DNA of 64,000 bases from the NCBI GenBank assembly GCA_034434915.1, contig DAOTYE010000001.1, positions 29,844 through 93,843 on the forward strand, in the 5' to 3' direction. Below the pieces are notes generated by a model. The model saw only the letters and a program-made list of their open reading frames with translations, ran no database searches and was not told the DNA's origin. The translations under genes and the position numbers were made by a program. Shown piece by piece: positions 8,830 to 17,329 of the stretch. The stretch's first letter is position 1. Every line of letters begins with the position of its first letter. This DNA is from Dehalococcoidales bacterium. Lineage in GTDB: Bacteria > Chloroflexota > Dehalococcoidia > Dehalococcoidales > RBG-16-60-22.

Positions 8830-9825
8830 TCATGCTTTAGCCATTCCGGGCATGGAATCCCGGAGCTGTTTGCCTACCTGCTCTGATTTGTGCTCGTCTT
8901 CAAGGCTGAGCAGGGTAAGATAATTGGGGTAGCCAATCTTGCCTTCAGCCATCCACCTGTGGGCAAAGGCGCCGTCCTCAATATCGCGCAGGACGCGGCG
9001 CATGTTGGCTTTTACCGCTTCGTCAATCACTCTGTTCTGGCAGAGCATAATGCCGTACTGGGCGGTGAGACTACAGCGCCGTATCATGCCGGGGACGCCG
9101 TAAAGCTTGATAAGGTCGGCGACGCCTTTAAGCTCGTTGAAAAGCTCAAGGTAGGCGGTCTCCTCGCCGTAGCCTGCCTCCACCAGCACCTCCCATGCCG
9201 CTTTGAGCAAGCCCACCACGCCACCTCCAATCCCGCACTGCTCGTTGAAAATATCAGTGACGGTCTCTTCCTTGAACGTGGTGTCAATGACGCCGCCGCG
9301 GGTACAGCCGATGGCTTTTGAGAAGGCAAGGGCGATTTGCTTTGCTTTTCCGGAGGCGTCCTGGTGTACGGCGATGCTGGCGGGCGGTCCCTGCTTTTCC
9401 AGGTAGAGCTTGCGCAGGAGGACGCCGTGAATCTTGGGGGCAACCAGAATGACGTCCACGTCTTTTGGTGGGGTAATCTGGTGATAGTAGACATTGAAGC
9501 CGTGGGCGAACTGGAGCACTTTGCCTTTGCTCAAGCCGGGCTCAATTGACTCTTTGTAGATTTTTGGCTGGAGGTCGTCCGGGGCAAGCAGGATGATGAT
9601 GTCTGCTTTTTGGGCGGCTTCGGCGGCAGTGAAGACTTGAAAACCATCCTTTTCCGCCGCTTTCCAGGCGGCGCTTCCCGGAACGTCAGCCACAATGACC
9701 TCGCAGCCGCTGTCCCGCGCATTGAGCGCTTGGGCATGTCCCTGGCTCCCGTAGCCGATGACGCCGATGGTCTTGCCTTTTAAGAGTCCCAGGTCTGCAT
9801 CCCTGTCATAATAGATTTTTATCAT
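8830..9825 (-). CDS. ilvC: ketol-acid reductoisomerase (class I)
   Basis: IGVIGYGSQGHAQALNARDSG NADP motif, AHGF and typical IlvC C-terminal blocks; 331 aa. Confidence 0.95.
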   Translation of the reverse strand: MIKIYYDRDADLGLLKGKTIGVIGYGSQGHAQALNARDSGCEVIVADVPGSAAWKAAEKDGFQVFTAAEAAQKADIIILLAPDDLQPKIYKESIEPGLSKGKVLQFAHGFNVYYHQITPPKDVDVILVAPKIHGVLLRKLYLEKQGPPASIAVHQDASGKAKQIALAFSKAIGCTRGGVIDTTFKEETVTDIFNEQCGIGGGVVGLLKAAWEVLVEAGYGEETAYLELFNELKGVADLIKLYGVPGMIRRCSLTAQYGIMLCQNRVIDEAVKANMRRVLRDIEDGAFAHRWMAEGKIGYPNYLTLLSLEDEHKSEQVGKQLRDSMPGMAKA

Positions 9826-9854
9826 TAAGCCTCCTTTTGCTTAATTATTTCCAT

Positions 9855-10496
9855 TCAGAGCGCCGGTTTCAGGACGAGAATCTGTGTTTCCGCTGGCAGG
9901 CTTCCCGCTTTGAACTCCACCTCACTGGCGTCAGCCTGCTTTACGTTTTTCTTGCCTTTTAGGAACTCCTCAACGCCGGCAATGGGAAAGGCGCATTTGG
10001 GGTTTTTAAAGTGCATCGGGATGATGACTTCAGGTTTGAGCTGGTCACTCACCTGGCTGGCAGTCCTGGCGTCAATGGTATAGAAGCCCCCCACCGGCAG
10101 AAGCAAAATATCCACTTTGCCGATTTCTGCTATCTGTTTTCCGGTGAGGGCATGTCCCAGGTCGCCGAGGTGACAAATGTTTATGCCGTCCACTGTCATG
10201 CATATCACCGTGTTTCTGCCGCGCTTGCTGCCTGCGGCTTCATCATGAAACACGGCAATACCTTTGAAGCTGATGCCTTTCACGGTGGTGGTGCCTCTGA
10301 CCACCTGTGGATTGCCTCTCACGGCAGACACATTGCCGTGGTCAAAATGGTCATGGCTTACCGTGACGATGTCTGCGGTTTCTTTTATTTCACCGTAGCG
10401 CAGGTCATCTCCGGGTGCGTAAGGGTCAGTAATTATGCGTGTGCCGTTATCTGAAGTAATCAAGAAAGACGCGTGTCCCAGCCATTTGACTTTCAT
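9855..10496 (-). CDS. metallo-beta-lactamase-fold hydrolase (UPF0173-like)
   Basis: MKVKWLGHASFLI...VSHDHFDHG is a HxHxDH-type motif; 213 aa. Its start overlaps the pepA stop by 4 nt. Confidence 0.8.
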   Translation of the reverse strand: MKVKWLGHASFLITSDNGTRIITDPYAPGDDLRYGEIKETADIVTVSHDHFDHGNVSAVRGNPQVVRGTTTVKGISFKGIAVFHDEAAGSKRGRNTVICMTVDGINICHLGDLGHALTGKQIAEIGKVDILLLPVGGFYTIDARTASQVSDQLKPEVIIPMHFKNPKCAFPIAGVEEFLKGKKNVKQADASEVEFKAGSLPAETQILVLKPAL

Positions 10497-12016
10497 TTCT
10501 TTCCTCCCTTGTTTTCTGATTGCGCCATGGACAGGACCAGCGCAATTAAAGTCCGGACGGGAATACCGGTAGCTCCTTTTACAATATAACCCCTGTCTTT
10601 TTCAGCTAAATCAGTGCCGGCGATGTCCAGGTGCACCCACGGCGTACCTTCAACGAACTCTTCCAGGAACTTTGCCGCGGTGATGGCGCCGCCCCATCTC
10701 CCGCCGGAGTTTTTGATGTCCGCCACATCGCTTTTGTTCTGTTCGCGGTACTCATCAAACATGGGCATCTGCCAGATATATTCGCCGCTCTCTTTGCTGG
10801 CGGCAATCACCATGTCCATCAGCGCCTGGTTATTGGGGAAGGCACCGGTGGTGACATCGCCGAGGGCAACCTTGCAGGCGCCGGTGAGAGTGGCAACGTC
10901 TATCATCTGCTTTGCGCCCTGTTTCCGGGCATAGCTCAGGGCGTCAGCGAGGATTAGTCTCCCTTCAGCATCGGTGGAGATGATTTCAATGGTCTTGCCG
11001 TTCATGGCTTTCAGGACGTCTCCCGGTTTATAGGCGTTGCCATCCGGCAGGTTTTCTGTGGCGGGCACAATCGCCATGACGTTAACTCTCGCTTTAAGTT
11101 GGGCTATGGCGCTGATGGCTGCCATGACTGATGCGCCACCTGCCATGTCTCCCTTCATCTCTTCCATTTTTTCAGAAGGCTTCAGAGAGATGCCGCCGGA
11201 GTCAAAGGTGATGCCTTTGCCGATGAGGGCGATGTCAATCCCGGCGGAACTATTGCCCTTGTAGTTCAGTACGATGAATTTGGGCGGCTGGCGGCTCCCC
11301 TGGGCAACCCCCAGCAGGGCACCCATGCCCATCTCTGCCATCTGCTCCTGGTCAAACACGCTTACCTCAAGCCCGTGAGTCTCAGCCAGCTTCACAGCGA
11401 TTTCCGCCATGCGGGTGGGCGTCATGAAGTTGGCGGGCTCATTGACCATGTCGCGGGCTAGATTGGCGGCTTCGGCAATGATGATGCCCCGCTTTGCGCC
11501 TGCCTCAAGAGAGGGCTTCATTCCGGAGTCGCTTATGATGGTGAGCTCTTTGATTTCTCCGGTCTTGTTTTCTGCGCGGGTCATGTGCTTGCGGAAGGTA
11601 TAAAGTCCGAGAAGCGCTCCCTCAGCGATTGCCTGTGCTGAGCTTTCCGTGGTGATGGCATTGATGCCGGCGCCCTGGGGTATGGTGGCGATGGTGGTGG
11701 CGCCTTTGTTCCTTAGGAGGCGGCAGGTCTCCGCCACCGCTCCACGCACTTTATTGTGGGTCAACTCAGCTTTTTTCCCCAGCCCAGCCACTGCCACTTT
11801 ATCAGCAGGCAGTTTGCCCAGGGTGTAGATGATGACCGTTTCATTCAATTTGCCTTTGATTTCGCCCTTCTCCATGAGCCGGGAGATAGCTCCGCCCAGC
11901 GCCTGGTCAATGGTAGCGGTGTCTTTTTCCAGGCTTTTTTCTGTCTCAAACGAGTTGACGATGATGGCATCAGCCTTTATTTTCTCTATGGCAGTGATGG
12001 CCACCTTTATGTCCAT
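10493..12016 (-). CDS. pepA: leucyl aminopeptidase (M17)
   Basis: M17 signatures NTDAEGRL, VGKGITFDSGG and DMAGGA. ATG at 12016 (MDIKV) has AAGGAG 7 nt upstream. The ORF-track start at 12061 would overlap the upstream gene. Confidence 0.9.
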   Translation of the reverse strand: MDIKVAITAIEKIKADAIIVNSFETEKSLEKDTATIDQALGGAISRLMEKGEIKGKLNETVIIYTLGKLPADKVAVAGLGKKAELTHNKVRGAVAETCRLLRNKGATTIATIPQGAGINAITTESSAQAIAEGALLGLYTFRKHMTRAENKTGEIKELTIISDSGMKPSLEAGAKRGIIIAEAANLARDMVNEPANFMTPTRMAEIAVKLAETHGLEVSVFDQEQMAEMGMGALLGVAQGSRQPPKFIVLNYKGNSSAGIDIALIGKGITFDSGGISLKPSEKMEEMKGDMAGGASVMAAISAIAQLKARVNVMAIVPATENLPDGNAYKPGDVLKAMNGKTIEIISTDAEGRLILADALSYARKQGAKQMIDVATLTGACKVALGDVTTGAFPNNQALMDMVIAASKESGEYIWQMPMFDEYREQNKSDVADIKNSGGRWGGAITAAKFLEEFVEGTPWVHLDIAGTDLAEKDRGYIVKGATGIPVRTLIALVLSMAQSENKGGKK

Positions 12017-12029
12017 GATGTATCTCCTT

Positions 12030-12620
12030 TCATTTCTTGAGCGCTCTGATAATTTTATCAATCACCGGCGTAATATCCCGCGAGGTGTCCACGACGAAGT
12101 GGTTACGGCGGATTCTGTCCACTGTTGGCTGCATTTTCTGGAATACTGTCCAGTCAGCGTCAGAGTGGCTTCTGGTCATACCTTGAGCGCGCTGTAGAAG
12201 TCTCTGGCGGACCACTTCCAGCGGGGCTTCAACCCATACCAGGATGAGCTTGGCTTTAGCGCGTTCGGCGATGTGGTAGAGGCGCTCGCGGTGCGGCTCG
12301 GAAAGATTGGTGGCATCTAGGATGACGGGTATGTTTTTCTGGAGCAGGTCTTCAGTGAGCAGGTGAATCGCCTGGAACAATCGCGCGCTTTCAGCAGGAG
12401 TATAGGTGGGGTGAGGGAAGAGGGTCTTGCGCAGGGCGTCGCTTTCCAGAATGATGGACTGATAGGGGAGCTTTTCCGCGAGCTTCTGACAGAAGTGGGT
12501 CTTCCCCGTGCCGGGCAGTCCGCTTACCGTGATGAGCGCCGGTCTGACCACTGGTTCAGGTAAGGTGCCCAGGCTCTCCTTCAGCTTCAGGACATCCGGG
12601 ATAAGATGAGTTTGTGCCAC
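12030..12620 (-). CDS. P-loop ATPase / predicted kinase (AAA_33-like)
   Basis: Walker A VSGLPGTGKTHF and Walker-B-like VILDATN; 196 aa; GTG start. Confidence 0.65.
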   Translation of the reverse strand: MAQTHLIPDVLKLKESLGTLPEPVVRPALITVSGLPGTGKTHFCQKLAEKLPYQSIILESDALRKTLFPHPTYTPAESARLFQAIHLLTEDLLQKNIPVILDATNLSEPHRERLYHIAERAKAKLILVWVEAPLEVVRQRLLQRAQGMTRSHSDADWTVFQKMQPTVDRIRRNHFVVDTSRDITPVIDKIIRALKK

Positions 12621-12795
12621 ACCATGATTATAGAATTTTTTTTACGGGAAAGCCAGAGAGCGTTTTAGCTTACGGTATCAGTGACGTTACGTTTTAAGTC
12701 AAGACCTCACCCCTGCCCCATCTCCTGCTAGATAGGGGGGAAGTAAAGAAAAGGGGGAGCGAAAGCTCCTCTCTGATATTGAGTCTTCATCAGAG

Positions 12796-13659
12796 CTATG
12801 GTTGTTCCCCGTAGAAAGCCACGCCCACCAGCCCGGGTCCGGTATGGACACCCATGACCGGGGTGAATTCTGTGATAAAGAGTTCAACACAGTTGAACTG
12901 GCTGGCGATGCGGTTTTTAAGTTGCAAAGCTTTGTCCGGCGCATTGGCGTGCATCACGGCAACATGAAGAGGTTGTCCTGCCACCACTTTTTCCTGCATA
13001 AGTTTCACTATCTTTTTCAGGGCGCTGGCAGAAGTCCTGGGCAGGGCGACGGTGCGGGCATCAGCATGGTTGAGGGAGAAGATGGGCTTAATCTGGAGCA
13101 GGGAATTGACCAGCTCAGCCGCTTGAGGCACCCGTCCGCCTTTTGCCAGATAGTGGAGCGTATCCAGCGCGGCGAAGAGATTGACGCGGGGCATAATAGA
13201 ATTAGTTATCTCAATGACCTGGCTCAGGTCTTTTCCGGTATGCGCCGCGCGAGCGGCGGCAAGCACTACCAGTCCCATCCCCGCCGCCGCAGTATCACAG
13301 GCGATGACCTCAACATTGAGACGGGGCAACTCATTCTTTATCATGTCTCTGGCGATAGTGGCGGCATTGTGCATCGCGCTGAATTTCACTGGCTCAGTGA
13401 GGCAAAGGATACTGTCCGTTCTCTGGCTGGCTCTGCGGAAGGCTTCCAGATATGGACCGGGAGAGGAGCTGGAGGTGGTAGGCAGTTTCTTTGCCTTGCG
13501 CAGGAGAGCATAGAACTCGCTTGGGCTGATGTCAATGCCGTCGCGGTAGGTCTTATTCTCAAAGATGAGTTGGACGGGCACAACCTCAATGCCGTATTCC
13601 TGCACTTTCTCCTGCGGTATGCAGGCAGTGGTATCAGTCACAATGCTGACTTTTCTCAT
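12796..13659 (-). CDS. DegV-family fatty-acid-binding protein (FakB-like), copy 1
   Basis: VSIVTDTTACIP..., PTTSSSSPG, LAKGGRV and FTPVMGVHTGPG are DegV family blocks. Confidence 0.9.
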   Translation of the reverse strand: MRKVSIVTDTTACIPQEKVQEYGIEVVPVQLIFENKTYRDGIDISPSEFYALLRKAKKLPTTSSSSPGPYLEAFRRASQRTDSILCLTEPVKFSAMHNAATIARDMIKNELPRLNVEVIACDTAAAGMGLVVLAAARAAHTGKDLSQVIEITNSIMPRVNLFAALDTLHYLAKGGRVPQAAELVNSLLQIKPIFSLNHADARTVALPRTSASALKKIVKLMQEKVVAGQPLHVAVMHANAPDKALQLKNRIASQFNCVELFITEFTPVMGVHTGPGLVGVAFYGEQP

Positions 13660-13856
13660 TTCCTCCTCTTCGTTTGCCGGAGCAGAACTAACATACCAGG
13701 TACAAGCCCTATTTCCCTGATGGTGTTCAGCGCGCCCACATTGCCGCCGCCAGCCTGACGGATGTCAATCCCTTTTACCAGGCGCCCCGCAATATAAGCA
13801 AAGGGGATTGAGCCAAGCAGATAGCCGACAGCGACTGCAATAATCGTAGTTGTCAT
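13656..13856 (-). pseudogene. plsY: N-terminal remnant (66 aa) of acyl-phosphate:glycerol-3-phosphate acyltransferase PlsY
   Basis: MTTTIIAVAVGYLLGSIPFAYIAGRLVKGIDIRQAGGGNVGALNTIREIGLVPGMLVLL aligns with about the first 60 residues of the roughly 200-aa PlsY (GSIP...G.DIR..GSGN.GATN). It then diverges into RQTKRRK-stop. That tail sequence is the SD (GAGGAGG) and ATG of DegV copy 1. Confidence 0.6.
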
Positions 13857-13871
13857 ACGGTAATTCCTGTG

Positions 13872-14711
13872 TTACTCTTCCGCATAAAATGCGATACCCA
13901 CAGTGCCGGTGCCGCAAGCGTAACCCATGATGGGGCTGAACTCGCTGAGCCACAGCTCCACGCAGTTGAACTCAGTCGCCGCCCTTTCTTTCAGCTTCTG
14001 TGCTTCTTCCGGGGCATAGGCGTGGAAGACCGCGATATGTGCTGGCTTCTGTCCTATCCTCTTGCGCATCATCTGGAAGGCGCGCTCAATGCCGTGACTG
14101 CGGCTTCTCACCGCACCGGAGAAGTGGACCGTGCCGGAGACGGTGAGGATGGGGCGGATATTCAGAATGGAGCCAATCTGTGAGGCAATCTTGGGTACGC
14201 GCCCGGAGCGGTAAACGTGGCGGATGGTGTCAAGGATGACGATTGAACTGACTTTCCCCTTTACTCTCTGTGCCGCCTGGATTGTTTCCGGCAGGCTTTT
14301 GCCTTCCTGCGCCGCCCGCGCCGCCGCCAGCGCTACAAAACCTTCTGAGGGCGTGGCACTCTCTGAGTCAAGCACCGCAATGGTTACATCCGGGAGCGCC
14401 GTTTTTGCCAGTTCTCTGGCTTCAATTGCCACGTCATAGGTAGAGCTGAGCTTGGTGGAGAGGGTGACGCAGAGGATATTCCTGGCTATCCGGCTGGCGT
14501 TGCGGTAGGCGTGCAGGCATTCCTCGGGGGACGGTGCGGAGCTCTTAAAAGTTTCCGGGTCTTTCAGAAAAAGCTCATATGCCTCAGATGGGGTAACATC
14601 CACCCAGTCCCGGTAAAGCCTGCCGCTGACGTAGAAATTAATTGGCAGAATCTCAATGGCATACTGGTCAATGAGTTCCTTGGGGAGGCAGGCGATGCTG
14701 TCCGTTACCAC
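13872..14711 (-). CDS. DegV-family fatty-acid-binding protein (FakB-like), copy 2
   Basis: Paralogous to 12796-13659 (VTDSIACLP, SSAPSP, YRSGRVP, FSPIMGYACGTG). Confidence 0.9.
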   Translation of the reverse strand: MVTDSIACLPKELIDQYAIEILPINFYVSGRLYRDWVDVTPSEAYELFLKDPETFKSSAPSPEECLHAYRNASRIARNILCVTLSTKLSSTYDVAIEARELAKTALPDVTIAVLDSESATPSEGFVALAAARAAQEGKSLPETIQAAQRVKGKVSSIVILDTIRHVYRSGRVPKIASQIGSILNIRPILTVSGTVHFSGAVRSRSHGIERAFQMMRKRIGQKPAHIAVFHAYAPEEAQKLKERAATEFNCVELWLSEFSPIMGYACGTGTVGIAFYAEE

Positions 14712-14759
14712 TGCTACATTTTGTGTGATAGACGCCTCCTGAATTCTTTCTTCAGGTAA

Positions 14760-15692
14760 CTAGCGCCATATTCCGGTAAAAGCTCGCACCCGTTTGGTCG
14801 CTCTTCTAATCCTGCGGTCCAGCAGGGCGGGGATGGCAAACAATCCACCTAAAGCCAGGAAGAGAATCAGAAAGGCGTACAGACTAAGTCTCCCCTGGGC
14901 ATAGTAAGCTACCATGGTCAGGATGAGTGGACCGGAGAGCATGAGAGTTGCCAATCTGAGCCAGCGCTGTCTCAAGCGGATAAAGGCGGCGATGGTCAGC
15001 CCGAGGGCAAGGAAGCTTAGTGCAATAAACGGAGCAAAATGATAGACGCGGGCAGAGCTGAATTCATCAAAGGTAAAATCAGGCTCAACTGCCAGCACCC
15101 AGCCGACAATGATAGGAGCAGGCAGGAGCATCAGTGATGCCAGCAACCAGTCCCTTTTCATAGCCTGGAGCACGGTGTTGTGGAGCCACCATAGCGCGAT
15201 GAGGAAGTAAAGCGGAATTGTCACCCAGAACCATGTTCGCGGCAGGTGCATCAGGAGAATGCCGACAATCACCACGGGCAGGAGGGAGTATCCCAGCCAG
15301 GGGAAAATCCACTGCGGTTTACTGCGCCAGAGACCATATCCCACTGCCGCAGAAATAAGGATGAGGGTGACTGTGAGCCAGAAAGTGTGGTTCCACCAGT
15401 TGAGGGCAAACAGGGCGCCGAACAGGAGATGAGGCATGGCGGCGAGCAATGCCTGTTGCCAGGTGCCCTGACTGTGCGCTTCATAGATTTGCCGGGCAAT
15501 CATACGTGCGGAGCCGAGCAGTCTGAGGCACGCCCCGGCGGCTTGCTCTTCTGAAAGCCCAGTCTCTTTCAGTTCCTGGAGGCTATCTTCAATATGCGTC
15601 CTCAGCTCGCTGATGACTTCTCTTTCTTCCGCGGGTCCAAGCCTCAGTCCGCTTCTGATGCTCTCAAGATAGCTCTCAAGTGTGGTGGTCAT
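14760..15692 (-). CDS. multi-pass membrane protein with a PadR-associated N-terminal helical domain (DUF1700/HAAS-like)
   Basis: N-terminus YLESIRSGLRLGPAEEREVISELRTHIEDSLQE is followed by at least 6 hydrophobic segments. It lies immediately downstream of padR. Confidence 0.6.
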   Translation of the reverse strand: MTTTLESYLESIRSGLRLGPAEEREVISELRTHIEDSLQELKETGLSEEQAAGACLRLLGSARMIARQIYEAHSQGTWQQALLAAMPHLLFGALFALNWWNHTFWLTVTLILISAAVGYGLWRSKPQWIFPWLGYSLLPVVIVGILLMHLPRTWFWVTIPLYFLIALWWLHNTVLQAMKRDWLLASLMLLPAPIIVGWVLAVEPDFTFDEFSSARVYHFAPFIALSFLALGLTIAAFIRLRQRWLRLATLMLSGPLILTMVAYYAQGRLSLYAFLILFLALGGLFAIPALLDRRIRRATKRVRAFTGIWR

Positions 15693-15704
15693 GCCTAGCC
15701 TCCG

Positions 15705-16037
15705 CTAATCCGCCGGCTGCATGAATGGGTTCATGGCGGTCAGGAAATCCCGCCACTGGGAGCGCTCGTCAGCCAGACGGGCAAGACCTTTCGCGGTAAG
15801 AGTGTAATATCTCCTCTGCCGACCGTTTGGCAGGAGCTGCCAGGTGCCGCTCACCATTCCTGATTTCTCAAGGCGGTGCAGGGCGGGATACAGCGTTCCC
15901 TCTTTAAATTCAAAATAGCCCTGGCTCTTACGCTTCAGTTCTCGGATAATCTGATAGCCATACATGGGCTGGTGCTCCAACAGACCCAGGAGCAGGGAGT
16001 CAAGACTGCCTTTAATCAGTTCACCTCTTCTTACCAT
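15705..16037 (-). CDS. PadR-family transcriptional regulator
   Basis: LLLGLLEHQPMYGYQIIRELKRKS...FKEGTLYPALHRLEKSGMV is the PadR winged-helix signature; 110 aa. Confidence 0.9.
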   Translation of the reverse strand: MVRRGELIKGSLDSLLLGLLEHQPMYGYQIIRELKRKSQGYFEFKEGTLYPALHRLEKSGMVSGTWQLLPNGRQRRYYTLTAKGLARLADERSQWRDFLTAMNPFMQPAD

Positions 16038-16061
16038 AGGCTACCTCGTTCTTGCAGAAAT

Positions 16062-16078
16062 ACATAGAAATGCTATGT
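16062..16078. promoter_or_regulatory. candidate PadR operator (ACATAG-N5-CTATGT dyad)
   Basis: Perfect 6-bp inverted repeat 25 nt upstream of the padR ATG. It sits directly downstream of a minus-strand TACAAT (16081-16086). The ACAT...ATGT ends resemble PadR-type ATGT/ACAT operators. Confidence 0.4.
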
Positions 16079-16285
16079 TTATTGTAATTGTCGCCGGGGA
16101 GATTTTCAATACCCTTTTCAGGTTTCATTTGCATTTAGTTTATTTCGTTCATTGCGGGCGAAGAGACGGGGTAAATTATTTGTGAGATTGTCCCATCCAG
16201 ACTTCATCTTCAATGAGTCCCATGAATAAGAAAGAAAAGTGGAAAATAGAGACGGCAGGGTGTTGCGGGACAGGGGATTCCTGAG

Positions 16286-17284
16286 TTACATTAGCTTCCA
16301 GACGCTTACCAGCTGGGTGAAATCCACCATGCCGCTTTCAGCCACATTTTCAATGTCAATGCCGCCTTCTACTGCCGCGGCTACCGGGTTTAGCCCGCCC
16401 AGAAGAACCATGCCCACGCGGTTGAGACCCAAAGCTACCTGGCAGACCGGCTCACTGGTATTGCCGAGAACGTAAACGCCGTTTATCCCCACCTCTTTAA
16501 GAGCCGTCACGGTTTCCTGTGCGATAGAGCGAGCGAGAGAAGGCAGTTCGCGGAAGTTAGCCAGGATTTTGCCGTTGCCGGTGCGGGCGGCTTCGCTGAC
16601 GCTGGTCATTTTGGCGCGGATATACTGCTCTGAAGGGTCAAGGGAGGTGCCGGCGTAGTTAATGATGGCGACGAAGCGCTTCGGTTGGTGATTGCGAACT
16701 TCCAGGACACCACCAAAACGCGAGCTGATTGGTATACCGGCTTTCAGGAGGACGCCATTGACCACGACGCTACAAACGGTAGCCAGACCTATTTTCCCGT
16801 GAGGGACGACGATGGAGCCCAGTTTCTCACCTTCCTCTGCCATGACCACCAGGTCGCTCACGCAGATGCCGGCTTTGAAGGCATCTTTCATGAGGGAAAG
16901 GGCTTTCTTAAAGTCCTCTTTTCTGATGAGAGAGGTATTGATGGGGATTTGTCCGGTGCGGTTGCGGGGATTAAAGGTGGTCTGGAAGGCAAGGAGCTCC
17001 AGCTTTTCGTGGATGAAGCCCACCTGCTCTGGTGCCAGCGCCATTTTAAGCTCCTCCAGTCCTTCCTGGGTGAGCATCCTGCCATCACGTCCCATGGGCT
17101 GGGTGTAGCCGCGCTCATCGGTAATTCGCAAATGGTAGCGGATGGCTCTTTCGCTGAGGAAGATGCCGTGGCGCTCCAGTTCCCGGGCGATGGTGATTGA
17201 CCCCAGGGGTTCAGCGGACTCGCTTAATACCTTTAGGATGGCGATGATTTTTCTTTCCGTCTCAGTGCTGACAGTCTGCACCAT
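16286..17284 (-). CDS. nrpR: NrpR-like nitrogen regulatory protein (winged HTH + one DUF128/NRD domain)
   Basis: KIIAILKVLSESAEPLGSITIARELERHGIFLSERAIRYHLRITDERGYT followed by a DUF128-type domain. ATG at 17284 has AAGGAGG 7 nt upstream (ORF-track start 17311). Confidence 0.75.
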   Translation of the reverse strand: MVQTVSTETERKIIAILKVLSESAEPLGSITIARELERHGIFLSERAIRYHLRITDERGYTQPMGRDGRMLTQEGLEELKMALAPEQVGFIHEKLELLAFQTTFNPRNRTGQIPINTSLIRKEDFKKALSLMKDAFKAGICVSDLVVMAEEGEKLGSIVVPHGKIGLATVCSVVVNGVLLKAGIPISSRFGGVLEVRNHQPKRFVAIINYAGTSLDPSEQYIRAKMTSVSEAARTGNGKILANFRELPSLARSIAQETVTALKEVGINGVYVLGNTSEPVCQVALGLNRVGMVLLGGLNPVAAAVEGGIDIENVAESGMVDFTQLVSVWKLM

Positions 17285-17329
17285 GGTCGCCCTCCTTAAG
17301 TATCTGCTCAAGTATTATAGCAGAAACGC

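Noticed and set aside
12802-13758. 318-aa plus-strand ORF antisense to DegV copy 1 and the plsY stub.
   Set aside because: The opposite strand has unmistakable DegV/PlsY similarity. The plus-strand product is low-complexity and Gly/Arg/His-rich, typical of shadow ORFs in GC-biased coding DNA.
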